A program made the position numbers and the translations under genes. Of a stretch of 32,000 nt of DNA, positions 1 through 8,382 are shown piece after piece. Position 1 is the stretch's first letter. Every line of letters begins with the position of its first letter. The stretch is from Desulfobulbus propionicus DSM 2032 (lineage in GTDB: Bacteria > Desulfobacterota > Desulfobulbia > Desulfobulbales > Desulfobulbaceae): the NCBI RefSeq assembly GCF_000186885.1, contig NC_014972.1:1230001-1262000 (forward strand). The letters run 5' to 3'. Under the pieces are notes generated by a model. The model did no database searches, was not told where the DNA came from, and saw only the letters and a list, made by a program, of their open reading frames with translations.

Positions 1-1240
1 CGCACATGGTCTGGATCAGGCTTTCCGACAGCCGCTTGCGGGTCATCTGCACCAGCCCGAACTCGGACAGCTTGAGGATGTTGACCTTGCTCTTGTCGTT
101 GCGCATTGCCTCCTGGAAAGCGGCGTACAGCTCCTCGCGGTGCTGCTCGTTCTCCATGTCGATGAAGTCGATGATGATGATGCCGCCGAGGTTGCGCAGC
201 CGCAGCTGGCGGGCGATCTCGCGCACCGCCTCCATGTTGGTCTTGAAGATGGTCTCGGCCAGGTCGGAGGCGCCGACATAGCGACCGGTATTGACGTCGA
301 TGACCGTCAGGGCCTCGGTGGGCTCGATGATGATGTAGCCGCCGGAACGCAGCCACACCTTCTTGTCGAGCGCGCTGTTGATGTCCGCCTCCACGCCGTA
401 GCGTTCGAACAACGGCAGGTCGGAATCGTAATAGGTGATCTTGTCCTGCAGTTGGGGGGCAAAGGTCTTGGCGTAGGAAAGCAGCTGCTCGTAGACCTCG
501 GCGTTGTCGATCACCAGTTCGTTGATCTCCTCGGTGAAAAAGTCGCGCACCGAGCGGAGGATGATGTCGAGGTCCTTGTAGATCAGGCAGGGGGCCTGGG
601 CCTTCTGCGCCTTGGTGAGGATCTCGTCCCACAAGAGCAGGAGGAATTCCATGTCCGCTTCCAGGGCCTCGTTGCCGATGTTTTCGGCCACGGTGCGCAT
701 GATGAAGCCGGTGCCCGGCGGCCGCAGGACCTCGATCCGGTCGCGCAGCTGCTGGCGGGTGGCTTCGTCCTCGATCTTGCGCGAGATGCCGATATGATCG
801 GTCAGCGGCATGAACACCAGGTTACGGCAGGGCAGGGTGATGTTGCAGGTCAGGCGGGCACCCTTGGAGCCGATGGGTTCCTTGGCGATCTGCACTAAAA
901 TCTCCTGGCCTTCGTGGAGGATGTCGTTGATCGCCGGGGTGGCGGGAAGGTGGGACGGCGGAATCGACCTGAGTTTATGCCCCGGGGACAAGCGTTGATA
1001 ATTCTCGGAAAAAATATAGAAGGCCTCGTCAACGTAGAGGAAACCGGTTCGATCCAGGCCAATGTCGACGAAGGCCGCGTCAATGCCGGGCAACACCCGG
1101 ACCACCCGGCCCAGGTAAATGTTGCCGATCAGCCCTTTTTCCGAAACCCGTTCCAGGTGGAATTCGCGCAGGTGGCCGTTTTCCACCAGAGCGATCCGGT
1201 TCTCGTAGAAGGTTGCATTGATGAGGATGTCTGTGTACAT
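1..1240 (-). CDS. rng: Ribonuclease E/G family protein (RNase G-like), N-terminal part; continues beyond the window start
   Basis: Reverse-strand reading from ATG at 1240 gives MYTDILINATFYENRIALVENGHLREFHLERVSEKGLIGNIYLGRVVRVLPGIDAAFVDIGLDRTGFLYVDEAF, the typical RNase E/G S1-domain N-terminus. Not in the supplied ORF track because it runs off the window. Confidence 0.93.
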   Translation of the reverse strand, partial: MYTDILINATFYENRIALVENGHLREFHLERVSEKGLIGNIYLGRVVRVLPGIDAAFVDIGLDRTGFLYVDEAFYIFSENYQRLSPGHKLRSIPPSHLPATPAINDILHEGQEILVQIAKEPIGSKGARLTCNITLPCRNLVFMPLTDHIGISRKIEDEATRQQLRDRIEVLRPPGTGFIMRTVAENIGNEALEADMEFLLLLWDEILTKAQKAQAPCLIYKDLDIILRSVRDFFTEEINELVIDNAEVYEQLLSYAKTFAPQLQDKITYYDSDLPLFERYGVEADINSALDKKVWLRSGGYIIIEPTEALTVIDVNTGRYVGASDLAETIFKTNMEAVREIARQLRLRNLGGIIIIDFIDMENEQHREELYAAFQEAMRNDKSKVNILKLSEFGLVQMTRKRLSESLIQTMC

Positions 1241-1378
1241 AGAAATGCCTGGTCAAACGCCGTCCGCTGCGGCTGAAGACGGGACAGACAACGGTCCGGG
1301 CGCGTAAGTTTTTATGAAACAAGCATTTTACTATACTATACCGTCGGCAAACCGCCAGCGTAAATTGGCCGAGACAGG

Positions 1379-2272
1379 GTGGATAGGTTTGCCACTCGTC
1401 GGACCGCTGTTGACAATCTATTGATTTCAGTAATAATCCCCACGTATAACCGGGCCTGGTGCCTGGAACGGGCCATCGGCTCGGTGCTGGCGCAACAGCG
1501 TGCCTGCACGGAGCTGATCGTGGTTGACGACGGGTCGACCGACGACACCGCAGCCTTGGTGGCACGCCTGGCCAGCGATGCTCCCATTCCCATCCGCCTG
1601 TTGGTCCAGGACAACCGCGGCGCGGCGGCGGCCCGCAATCTCGGCATCAGCCAAGCTCGGGGGGCGTTGCTCGCCTTTCTCGACGCCGACGACTGGTGGC
1701 TGCCACGGAAGCTGGCCCTGCAAGCGGCGGCCATGGAGGCGGCCCCGGAGACGCTCGTCTCCCACACCCGCGAGATCTGGTTCCGCCATGGTCAACGGGT
1801 CAACCAGAAAAAGAAGCACGATCCTCCCCATGGCGACATCTTTGCGGCGAGCCTGGGGATGTGCGTGGTGGGCATGTCCACGGTCATGGTCCGGCGGCAG
1901 CTGTTCGACCGTTATGGCCTGTTCGATGCAACCCTGCCATGCTGCGAGGATTACGATCTGTGGCTCCGAGTGGGATGCCGGGAAGCGTTTTTCCTGGTGC
2001 CCGAATCGCTGACCGGCAAGGACGGCGGCCGGCCGGATCAGTTGTCGGTGATCCACCGCATGGGCATGGACAGGTACCGGATCCGCTCGCTGGATACCCT
2101 GATCGCCAGCGGCGTGCTGACACCGGCCCAGCACCGGGCAGCGGTGGCCGAGCTGGCCCGCAAATGCACCATTTACGGCCAAGGCTGCATCAAACATGGC
2201 CGGCCCGAGGAAGGCCGGCGCTACCTGGAGCTGGCCGACCGTTACCATTCAGCGAAGGGACACCACTCGTGA
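1379..2272 (+). CDS. Family 2 glycosyltransferase (GT-A fold); start could be GTG 1379 or TTG about 1421
   Basis: LISVIIPTYNRAWCLERAIGSVLAQQ...VVDDGSTDDT...RGAAAARNLGISQARGALLAFLDADDWW motifs of GT2 enzymes. Confidence 0.9.
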   Translation: MDRFATRRTAVDNLLISVIIPTYNRAWCLERAIGSVLAQQRACTELIVVDDGSTDDTAALVARLASDAPIPIRLLVQDNRGAAAARNLGISQARGALLAFLDADDWWLPRKLALQAAAMEAAPETLVSHTREIWFRHGQRVNQKKKHDPPHGDIFAASLGMCVVGMSTVMVRRQLFDRYGLFDATLPCCEDYDLWLRVGCREAFFLVPESLTGKDGGRPDQLSVIHRMGMDRYRIRSLDTLIASGVLTPAQHRAAVAELARKCTIYGQGCIKHGRPEEGRRYLELADRYHSAKGHHS

Positions 2273-3381
2273 AACAGACTTCCTACGGCGACCCCGCCCG
2301 CTTCGTCACCCGCCTGCACGTGGCCGAAGACTGCTTAGAGCTGCCCTACACCCAAGAGATCATGGCCCGGGCAGCGCTACCGGTGACCGTGGTCGGCGAA
2401 CGGGGCGGCCCCGCGATCGACGGCGACTATCCCGCCAACCTGACCGCCGGCAAGCATCACCTGTTGCTGTGCCGCAACCGGGGCGCCTTTTTCAAGCCCT
2501 GCCCCGGTACCCGCGAGTACCGCTGCTGCAACTACCAGGTGCTCAACATCGGCATGAATTGCCCCATGGACTGCGTCTATTGCATCCTCCAGGCCTACCT
2601 CAACAACCCCTGGCTCAGCTTCTTCGTCAATGTGGAGGACCTGTTCAACGAACTCGATACCGCGCTTGACGCCGAGCCGGACCGCTTCTTTCGCATCGGC
2701 ACTGGCGAGTTCACCGACAGCCTGGCCCTGGACAGTCTCACCCATCTCAGCCCCCGGCTGGTGACCTACATGGCCGGCCGGACCAACGCGGTGCTGGAAC
2801 TCAAATCCAAGAGCGTCAACATCGCCAATCTGCGCGGCCTCGATCATCGGGGCCGGACCCTGGTCGCCTGGTCGCTCAACAGTCCGCCGATCATGGCCCG
2901 GGAAGAAATCCGCACCGCCACCCTGGACGAGCGGCTGCAGGCGGCGGCCCACTGCGCCGAGTGGGGGTACAAACTCGCCTTTCACTTCGACCCGATCATT
3001 CTCCACGACGGCTGGGAGGAGGGGTACCGTTCCACCATTGGCCGCCTCTTTGCCACGGTCCCGGCCGAGGCCATCGCCTGGATCAGCCTGGGCGCGTTGC
3101 GTTATCTGCCCGCGCTCAAGCAGATCGCCGCCGACCGCTTTCCAGCCTCGCGCTTTTTCTATCAGGAATTTGTCGACGGCCTCGACGGCAAGCGCCGCTA
3201 CTTCCGTCCCCAGCGGGTGGCCATGTACCGCCTGATCCTTGACGAACTGCGCAAACATGCCCACCCCTCCACCTGCATCTACTTCTGCATGGAAAACGAC
3301 ACTATCTGGCGCGAGGTCTTCGGCTTTGCCCCCGACGAGCATGGCGGCCTGCCGGCGATGCTGGATCGGGCGGTGGGGTGA
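2269..3381 (+). CDS. Radical SAM protein of the spore photoproduct lyase-like (SPL/SplB-like) family
   Basis: Starts at GTG 2269 overlapping the TGA of the upstream GT2 gene. Contains CPMDCVYC (CX3CX2C radical SAM cluster) and an SPL-like context (YRCCNYQVLNIGMNCPMDCVYCILQAYLNNP...GTGEFTDSLALDSLTHLSPRLV). The ORF-track start at 1696 extends it in the wrong frame of the GT gene. Confidence 0.87.
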   Translation: MKQTSYGDPARFVTRLHVAEDCLELPYTQEIMARAALPVTVVGERGGPAIDGDYPANLTAGKHHLLLCRNRGAFFKPCPGTREYRCCNYQVLNIGMNCPMDCVYCILQAYLNNPWLSFFVNVEDLFNELDTALDAEPDRFFRIGTGEFTDSLALDSLTHLSPRLVTYMAGRTNAVLELKSKSVNIANLRGLDHRGRTLVAWSLNSPPIMAREEIRTATLDERLQAAAHCAEWGYKLAFHFDPIILHDGWEEGYRSTIGRLFATVPAEAIAWISLGALRYLPALKQIAADRFPASRFFYQEFVDGLDGKRRYFRPQRVAMYRLILDELRKHAHPSTCIYFCMENDTIWREVFGFAPDEHGGLPAMLDRAVG

Positions 3382-3495
3382 ATCCGGTCTCTGTTTCTTT
3401 ATTTCTGTCGCGGACCCTGCTTGCTCTCCACGTGCTTTATTTCCGGTTGCCGTCCTTCCTCTTATTGCGGCCTTGTTCACCTTCTCCGGCTGATC

Positions 3496-3517
3496 GCTCC
3501 CGCTTCGGACGGGGAGC
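3496..3517 (+). terminator. Hairpin downstream of the SPL-like gene, terminator-like with a poor T-tract
   Basis: GCTCC..CG-CTTCGGA-CGG..GGAGC inverted repeat followed by AATTTC. Confidence 0.3.
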
Positions 3518-3531
3518 AATTTCAATAACCG

Positions 3532-3560
3532 TTGCCGGTTTCCTGATCGATGGATATAGA
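3532..3560 (+). promoter_or_regulatory. Candidate sigma70 promoter
   Basis: TTGCCG - 17 nt - TATAGA, directly before a structured leader. Confidence 0.45.
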
Positions 3561-3636
3561 AAAGGCAGAGTGCACGGCATGGTTAGTTCTTGTCAGCGGC
3601 TAAGTCGAGGATGTCCGTGCTGTGAGGGAGGCCGCG

Positions 3637-3690
3637 ATGAGCCAGGGGGCAAAGGGCTTGCTGGATCATTTGGAGAGAACCAACGAATAA
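3637..3690 (+). CDS. Possible 17-aa small ORF MSQGAKGLLDHLERTNE
   Basis: ATG at 3637 preceded by GAGGGAGG (strong Shine-Dalgarno, 5-nt spacing), TAA at 3688. Lies between a candidate promoter and the 3704 gene. Not in the supplied ORF track (too short). Confidence 0.35.
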   Translation: MSQGAKGLLDHLERTNE

Positions 3691-3703
3691 CCGGGAGGTT
3701 GCC

Positions 3704-3988
3704 ATGGCGCAGTTACCCATAATGGAAAAAGGAAGATCCCTGGGATGTCAGGCGGAGTGGCCTCTTTTTTACATGAACGATTTTTCACGGCTGGGCCTTC
3801 TGGTTCCGGACTTGGAGCAAACGTTGCGCGCCTTGAAGGCCCGAGGGTACCTGGTACATGAGAACGAGCAGGGCTGCCTGCTGGAAGTGGACAGCCGGGA
3901 CCACCTCAACGGTGCCTTTGCCGCTCTGGCCGAACAGCAGGTTGCCTACGAGCTGGCCGATTTGATCAGCTGCGTTTACCAGGGGTGA
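3704..3988 (+). CDS. Small conserved-looking hypothetical protein (94 aa)
   Basis: ORF with strong RBS (CCGGGAGGTTGCC ATG). No recognisable catalytic motif. Confidence 0.65.
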   Translation: MAQLPIMEKGRSLGCQAEWPLFYMNDFSRLGLLVPDLEQTLRALKARGYLVHENEQGCLLEVDSRDHLNGAFAALAEQQVAYELADLISCVYQG

Positions 3989-4115
3989 TAGCCCCTCGTT
4001 CCGCCCGGCGGGCGGACACTTGTGTCACGGATCCCTCCGGTGGAGCATGTCCAGTATGACGCTCTACGTGAGGTAATATCCAGTTTTTTTCTTTTTATCG
4101 GGTAGTCATCAGTTC

Positions 4116-4907
4116 ATGAACAATGAGTCGTTTCGTGGGAACCCACCCACCCCGCCATGGGTGCCGCTTAGTTTTTCTTTGACCTTTCTTTTCCGTTATC
4201 CCCGTCTGCTGGGTTGGAGTCTTATCCTGGTGTTGCTTACCGGCACGCTGACCTGGCTGGGCTATCTGTTCTCGGTTGACCTGATCAGCCAGCTCACCGG
4301 ATCTTTTTTCACCACCCCGCCGACCGTGGAAAAATTTTGGCACTGGCCGGTGTTGTGGGGCTGGATTGCCCTGAAGTGGATTTTTTTCGTCCTTTCACGG
4401 GTGGTGGCCTTTTATCTGGCCTTTGTCCTGGCCTACAGCCTGACCACGCCGGGCTACGTGTTCCTCAGCACTTGGGCCGGCAACCGTTACACGGTGCAAG
4501 CCGGAGAGGGCGAGGCCAGCCTGACCCTCGCTGGTGTCCTGATCGATCTGTGGGAGGGCGTCAAAATTGGCGCCATGGGGCTGGTGGTGGCCGTGGCGGC
4601 CCTGTTTGCCAATTTTATCCCGGTGATTGGACAGGCCGCCGTGTTTGTTCTTTACACCTTCTATTCGGCCCTGATGTTCGTTGATTATCCGGCCTCTCGC
4701 TACCGCTGGACCCTGGGCGAAAAGCTGCGCTGGGTTCGGCGCTATCATCAGCAGGCATTCCGTCTAGGGATCTTTCCAGCCATGATCAGCATGATCCCGT
4801 TGCTCAACGTCTTTCTCATGGCCTTGTTCTTCCCTTTGTTCACCATTCATACCACCCTCAATTTTCTGGTGATCGAAGGGAAAAAAGAAGTGATTATCAG
4901 CCGTTGA
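4116..4907 (+). CDS. EI24-domain/CysZ-like multispanning membrane protein
   Basis: Several hydrophobic helices, PxxLGWSLIL...FANFIPVIGQAAVF...SALMFVDYPASRYRW...FGIFPAMISMIPLLNVFLM pattern typical of EI24/CysZ-like proteins. Confidence 0.75.
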   Translation: MNNESFRGNPPTPPWVPLSFSLTFLFRYPRLLGWSLILVLLTGTLTWLGYLFSVDLISQLTGSFFTTPPTVEKFWHWPVLWGWIALKWIFFVLSRVVAFYLAFVLAYSLTTPGYVFLSTWAGNRYTVQAGEGEASLTLAGVLIDLWEGVKIGAMGLVVAVAALFANFIPVIGQAAVFVLYTFYSALMFVDYPASRYRWTLGEKLRWVRRYHQQAFRLGIFPAMISMIPLLNVFLMALFFPLFTIHTTLNFLVIEGKKEVIISR

Positions 4908-4998
4908 GGACGTGGCTGTATCTGTAGCCAGTTGTTTGGAGCTGATTTCCGGAAGAGGAAAAACAGGGGAGCGCGGCCTTGCGGAGACAGGTGGTCGC

Positions 4999-5034
4999 GG
5001 CTCCCGTCAGCGTGGAATTTCTTAGACGGGAGCC
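4999..5034. repeat. Perfect 10-bp inverted repeat with 16-nt loop
   Basis: GGCTCCCGTC-AGCGTGGAATTTCTTA-GACGGGAGCC, between the convergent 4116-4907 and 5051-6499 genes. No T-tract. Confidence 0.7.
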
Positions 5035-5050
5035 GGTATGCGGCGGGGGA

Positions 5051-6499
5051 TCAGCGATCGCGCCAGGAAACGATGAACACCGAGCCGAAGCCCAAGGCCA
5101 GCATCAGGTGAAAGATGAAGAAGCTGTAGTCCTTGAGATGCACGCTCAGCAGCAGGGCGGCGCAGAAGATCAGGGTGAGCAGGCCTTCGAGAATCAGGGT
5201 GTTGCTGATCGGATTTTTTTGGGTGTTGTCCATCCGCTGGCGAATGCGGCCGACAATGTTGTACTTGGGCGTGCGCACAAACGAGGACTTGATGCCCAGA
5301 TACCCTTCGATCACCGCCACCGAGTTGTGGAAACTCAAGCCCATGGACATGGTCAGCAGCAAGGGAAAATAGACGATCAGGGCCAGAACCTGTTTCCATG
5401 ACAGGGGGCGGGGCAACAGGTTGATGTTGGCGTAGAAATAGACCGTGGCCACACCGACCAACCCCAGGAGCGAAAGGCCGAGAAAGCGGGTGTCGACTCC
5501 GAGATCGTCGAGAAAGGGCAGCAGCGCGACGCTGGTGACGGCAATCATCAGGACGGCGACAAAGATCGAGCTGTTGAACAGGTGGGCTAGGGCGTGCATC
5601 TTGGTGGCGAGATCAAGGTCGCTTCTCAGAATCACCGGCGTCAGGCGGCGGGCGTTCTCGGCTCCGCCCTTCATCCAGCGGAACTGCTGCGACTTGATGC
5701 CGTTCATCTCTACCGGCAGCTCGGCTGGGGCCTCGACATCCTCCAGATAGATAATCTCCCAATGTTTCAGCTGTGCCCGATAGCTCAGGTCCAGATCCTC
5801 GGTCAGGGTGTCGGCCTTCCAGCCACCCGCATCGTCAATGGCCTGTTTGCGCCAGATACCCGCCGTGCCGTTGAATTGAAGAAAATGATGCCCGGCCTTG
5901 CGTCCCATCTGCTCGATGGTGAAGTGGACGTTGAGCTGCAGGGCCTGGAGTTTGGTGAACAGGGAATAATCGTCGTTGAGGTGAGTCCAGCGGGTTTGGA
6001 CCACGCCGACCCGTTCGTCCTGGAAATAAGGCACGGTGTTGCGCAGGAACTGCTTGTTGGGCAGAAAGTCGGCGTCAAAAATGGCGATGAACGCACCCTT
6101 GGCGTGCAGCAACCCCTCGGACAGGGCACCGGCCTTGAATCCGGTCCGGTCGGTGCGATGGATGACCCGGATGTCGATCCCCTGAGCGCGATAAAATGCG
6201 GCCTTCTGCTCGCACAGTTCGGTGGTGTTGTCGGTTGAATCGTCGAGCACCTGTACCTCGAACCGGTCGCGGGGATAGTCCATGGCCACGATGTTGTCGA
6301 TCAGCCGTTCCGCCACATAGGGCTCGTTGAACAGCGGCAGCTGAATGGTCACCAGGGGCAGTGCATCCTCGGCCAGTGGTTGCGGCGGGGTGACTTTTTT
6401 CTTCCCCAGATAATGAAACAGCAAATTCAGCTGAAGAAAGTTGTACAAGAGGATGAGAACGAGAAAAAATACGTACAATCCAAACAGTATGTAGATCAA
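5051..6499 (-). CDS. Processive GT2 glycosyltransferase (cellulose-synthase/glucosylceramide-synthase-like), membrane-bound
   Basis: TM helix followed by PLVTIQLPLFNEPYVAERLIDNIV, VQVLDDSTDNT, FIAIFDADFLP, TEDLDLSYRAQL, QQFRWMKG (QxxRW). TTG 6499 with AAGGAA upstream is the likeliest start; ORF track extends to 6562. Confidence 0.88.
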   Translation of the reverse strand: MIYILFGLYVFFLVLILLYNFLQLNLLFHYLGKKKVTPPQPLAEDALPLVTIQLPLFNEPYVAERLIDNIVAMDYPRDRFEVQVLDDSTDNTTELCEQKAAFYRAQGIDIRVIHRTDRTGFKAGALSEGLLHAKGAFIAIFDADFLPNKQFLRNTVPYFQDERVGVVQTRWTHLNDDYSLFTKLQALQLNVHFTIEQMGRKAGHHFLQFNGTAGIWRKQAIDDAGGWKADTLTEDLDLSYRAQLKHWEIIYLEDVEAPAELPVEMNGIKSQQFRWMKGGAENARRLTPVILRSDLDLATKMHALAHLFNSSIFVAVLMIAVTSVALLPFLDDLGVDTRFLGLSLLGLVGVATVYFYANINLLPRPLSWKQVLALIVYFPLLLTMSMGLSFHNSVAVIEGYLGIKSSFVRTPKYNIVGRIRQRMDNTQKNPISNTLILEGLLTLIFCAALLLSVHLKDYSFFIFHLMLALGFGSVFIVSWRDR

Positions 6500-6782
6500 A
6501 GCGTATTTCCTTGGTTGAAAACAATGAAAGGGGGGCGGCGAACAGGCGGCGGCGACGGACACGCCAGCCTCTTCTGCCTGCCGGCGTCACGGCTCCATGG
6601 GAGGATCGAGGTGCACACGCCGCTGCCGTTGTCAGGATCCTCTTGGCTCACCAGCGTCCCGCAAGATCAAACCGGCAATTCTACCGAAGCGGATGCCCCC
6701 TGTCAATGTTCCCGTCCTGAAAAACGAGGTATCGGCGCCAGCCGTCCGCTGAAAAAGGCGATGGTCGGTTCAGCGGTGCCGG

Positions 6783-7343
6783 TCAGGGCGAGTGACGGGA
6801 TCTGGATTCGTCCATCAGGTGCTCCAAGTAGCGCTGGCTGTCATGGAGATCGGCGCGCAGGCGGTCATAACGTCGGTCCAGTTCACGAAGCTCCTGACGA
6901 AGCTCACGGCGCCGGTCCTTCGAGAGTCCAGAGTCCCGCAGACGGTCTTCGACGCTGGAGATTTGGCCGTCAACGGACGCAAGTTCCTGTTTTATGCGGT
7001 AGACCTCGTAGGCGGCTTGATTGTAGTGGGCAAAGGTGGCGTCGATCGCAGGCGGGCAGACATGCTGGTAACGGCTCCCCGCAAGGCCGGTGACAAAGGC
7101 GTTGGCATAGCGGCAGTACTCGCGCAAGCCCTGGTCGCGGCCGGCAAAATAGTGCTGCCGATCCACGGGCAGTCCGTACTCCGCGCAGGCGCGGACATGC
7201 TGCTCCAAACGGCTGGCCTGTTCTCCACCCAGGCCGTCGGTCATGCCGATGCCGAACCAGTCGCCCTGCTGGCACTGTTCGCGGCTCAGGGTGGCGCATC
7301 CGGCAAGCAGAAGGATCAGCAGCAAAAACACGTTTCTTTTCAT
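6783..7343 (-). CDS. DUF2799-like lipoprotein
   Basis: Lipobox LLLAGCATL, DWFGIGMTDGLGG, HVRACAEYGLPVDRQHYFAGRDQGLREYC pattern, C-terminal coiled coil. Confidence 0.75.
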   Translation of the reverse strand: MKRNVFLLLILLLAGCATLSREQCQQGDWFGIGMTDGLGGEQASRLEQHVRACAEYGLPVDRQHYFAGRDQGLREYCRYANAFVTGLAGSRYQHVCPPAIDATFAHYNQAAYEVYRIKQELASVDGQISSVEDRLRDSGLSKDRRRELRQELRELDRRYDRLRADLHDSQRYLEHLMDESRSRHSP

Positions 7344-7407
7344 GGCCTAGCCTCGTCTGGCGGAGCGACAGGTTTCCACGCATCCACGGTGTTTCTCCCT
7401 GGGGCGG

Positions 7408-8286
7408 TCATTGGACCTGGGTTTCCTTGAGCAGGGTTTTGAATTTTGCCGGCAGTTCCAGGGAAAATTCCATGGGCGCGCCGCTGATCGGATGGGCAAA
7501 GGAGAGAAAGGAAGCCTGCAAGGCCAAACGTTTGATCGGATCGGTCTTGGCCCCGTATTTCTTGTCACCGGCCACCGGATGGCCCTGCTCGGCAAGATGA
7601 ACGCGAAGCTGGTTCTTGCGCGCGGTGACCGGAATGAGCTCGACCAGAGCATAGTCGCCTGCGGTGTGGATCACCTGATAACGGGTTTCGGCGGGCTTGC
7701 CCGCGCCACTGCCGGTCTTGTCCGAATAGACGCGGTGGATCTTCGACTCGCACAACAGGCTCTTGATGGTCCCGCTGGGGGGGCACGGCGTTCCCTCGAC
7801 AATGGCTCGAAACCGTTTCTGAGCTTGCGGCCAGGACTGTTGCAACGCATGCTTGGCCTGTTCGGTCTTGGCGAAGACCAGCAGGCCGGAAGCTCCCTGG
7901 TCAAGGCGATGGACGATGAACACCCGTTCCTTGCCATCGGGCCGTTCGCCGAGGCAGGCGGTCAGCTTGTAGAACATGGTCTTGGTCTTTTCGCTGGCCG
8001 AGGCAATGGTCAGCAGGCCCGGCGGCTTGTCGACGACCAGGATCTCCTTGTCTTCATAGACAATGGTGATGCCCGGACACGGCGGATAGCGGACACCGCC
8101 TTCCTTTTCCGAGGTGACAACCAGCACGTCGCCGGCCGCGAGGGGGTGTTCAGGATGGGCGGGCAGCTGCTCGCCCACGCGCAATGCCCGGTACTTGAGC
8201 AGTTGTTTGACCTTGGTGCGCGAATAGCCGTTGGCGAGCAGGGCTGCCAGAACCGTTGTTGCCTGGTGAATCTGAATTTTTTTCAT
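7408..8286 (-). CDS. RluA-family pseudouridine synthase
   Basis: S4-like N-terminus, ILVVDKPPGLLT, VHRLDQGASGLLVFAKT (HRLD motif), LVELIPVTARKNQLRVHLAEQGHPVAGDKKYG. Confidence 0.92.
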   Translation of the reverse strand: MKKIQIHQATTVLAALLANGYSRTKVKQLLKYRALRVGEQLPAHPEHPLAAGDVLVVTSEKEGGVRYPPCPGITIVYEDKEILVVDKPPGLLTIASASEKTKTMFYKLTACLGERPDGKERVFIVHRLDQGASGLLVFAKTEQAKHALQQSWPQAQKRFRAIVEGTPCPPSGTIKSLLCESKIHRVYSDKTGSGAGKPAETRYQVIHTAGDYALVELIPVTARKNQLRVHLAEQGHPVAGDKKYGAKTDPIKRLALQASFLSFAHPISGAPMEFSLELPAKFKTLLKETQVQ

Positions 8287-8382
8287 GTGTGGTGCCGTTG
8301 TGATCGGATAGTGAGAGCCATGCATCCATGGGCGTGTTGTCGATGAATCGACCGCCTGCCGGCGTCGGGTGTGAAGTTCGGT

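Noticed and set aside
1410-1435. TTGACA...TAATAA promoter-like sequence
   Set aside because: 15-16 nt spacing and location over the first GT2 codons would exclude the start codon; more likely a chance match in coding DNA.
1555-1580. TGGCACGCCTGGCC, resembling a sigma54 -24 box
   Set aside because: No GC at -12 with correct context, and it lies inside the GT2 coding region.
1696-2268. N-terminal 191 residues of the track ORF 1696-3381
   Set aside because: This stretch overlaps the GT2 domain gene in another frame; SPL-like homology begins at GTG 2269, coupled to the GT2 stop.
2377-3525. 382-aa reverse ORF opposite the SPL-like gene
   Set aside because: Antisense to a radical SAM protein with clear motifs; no motif of its own.
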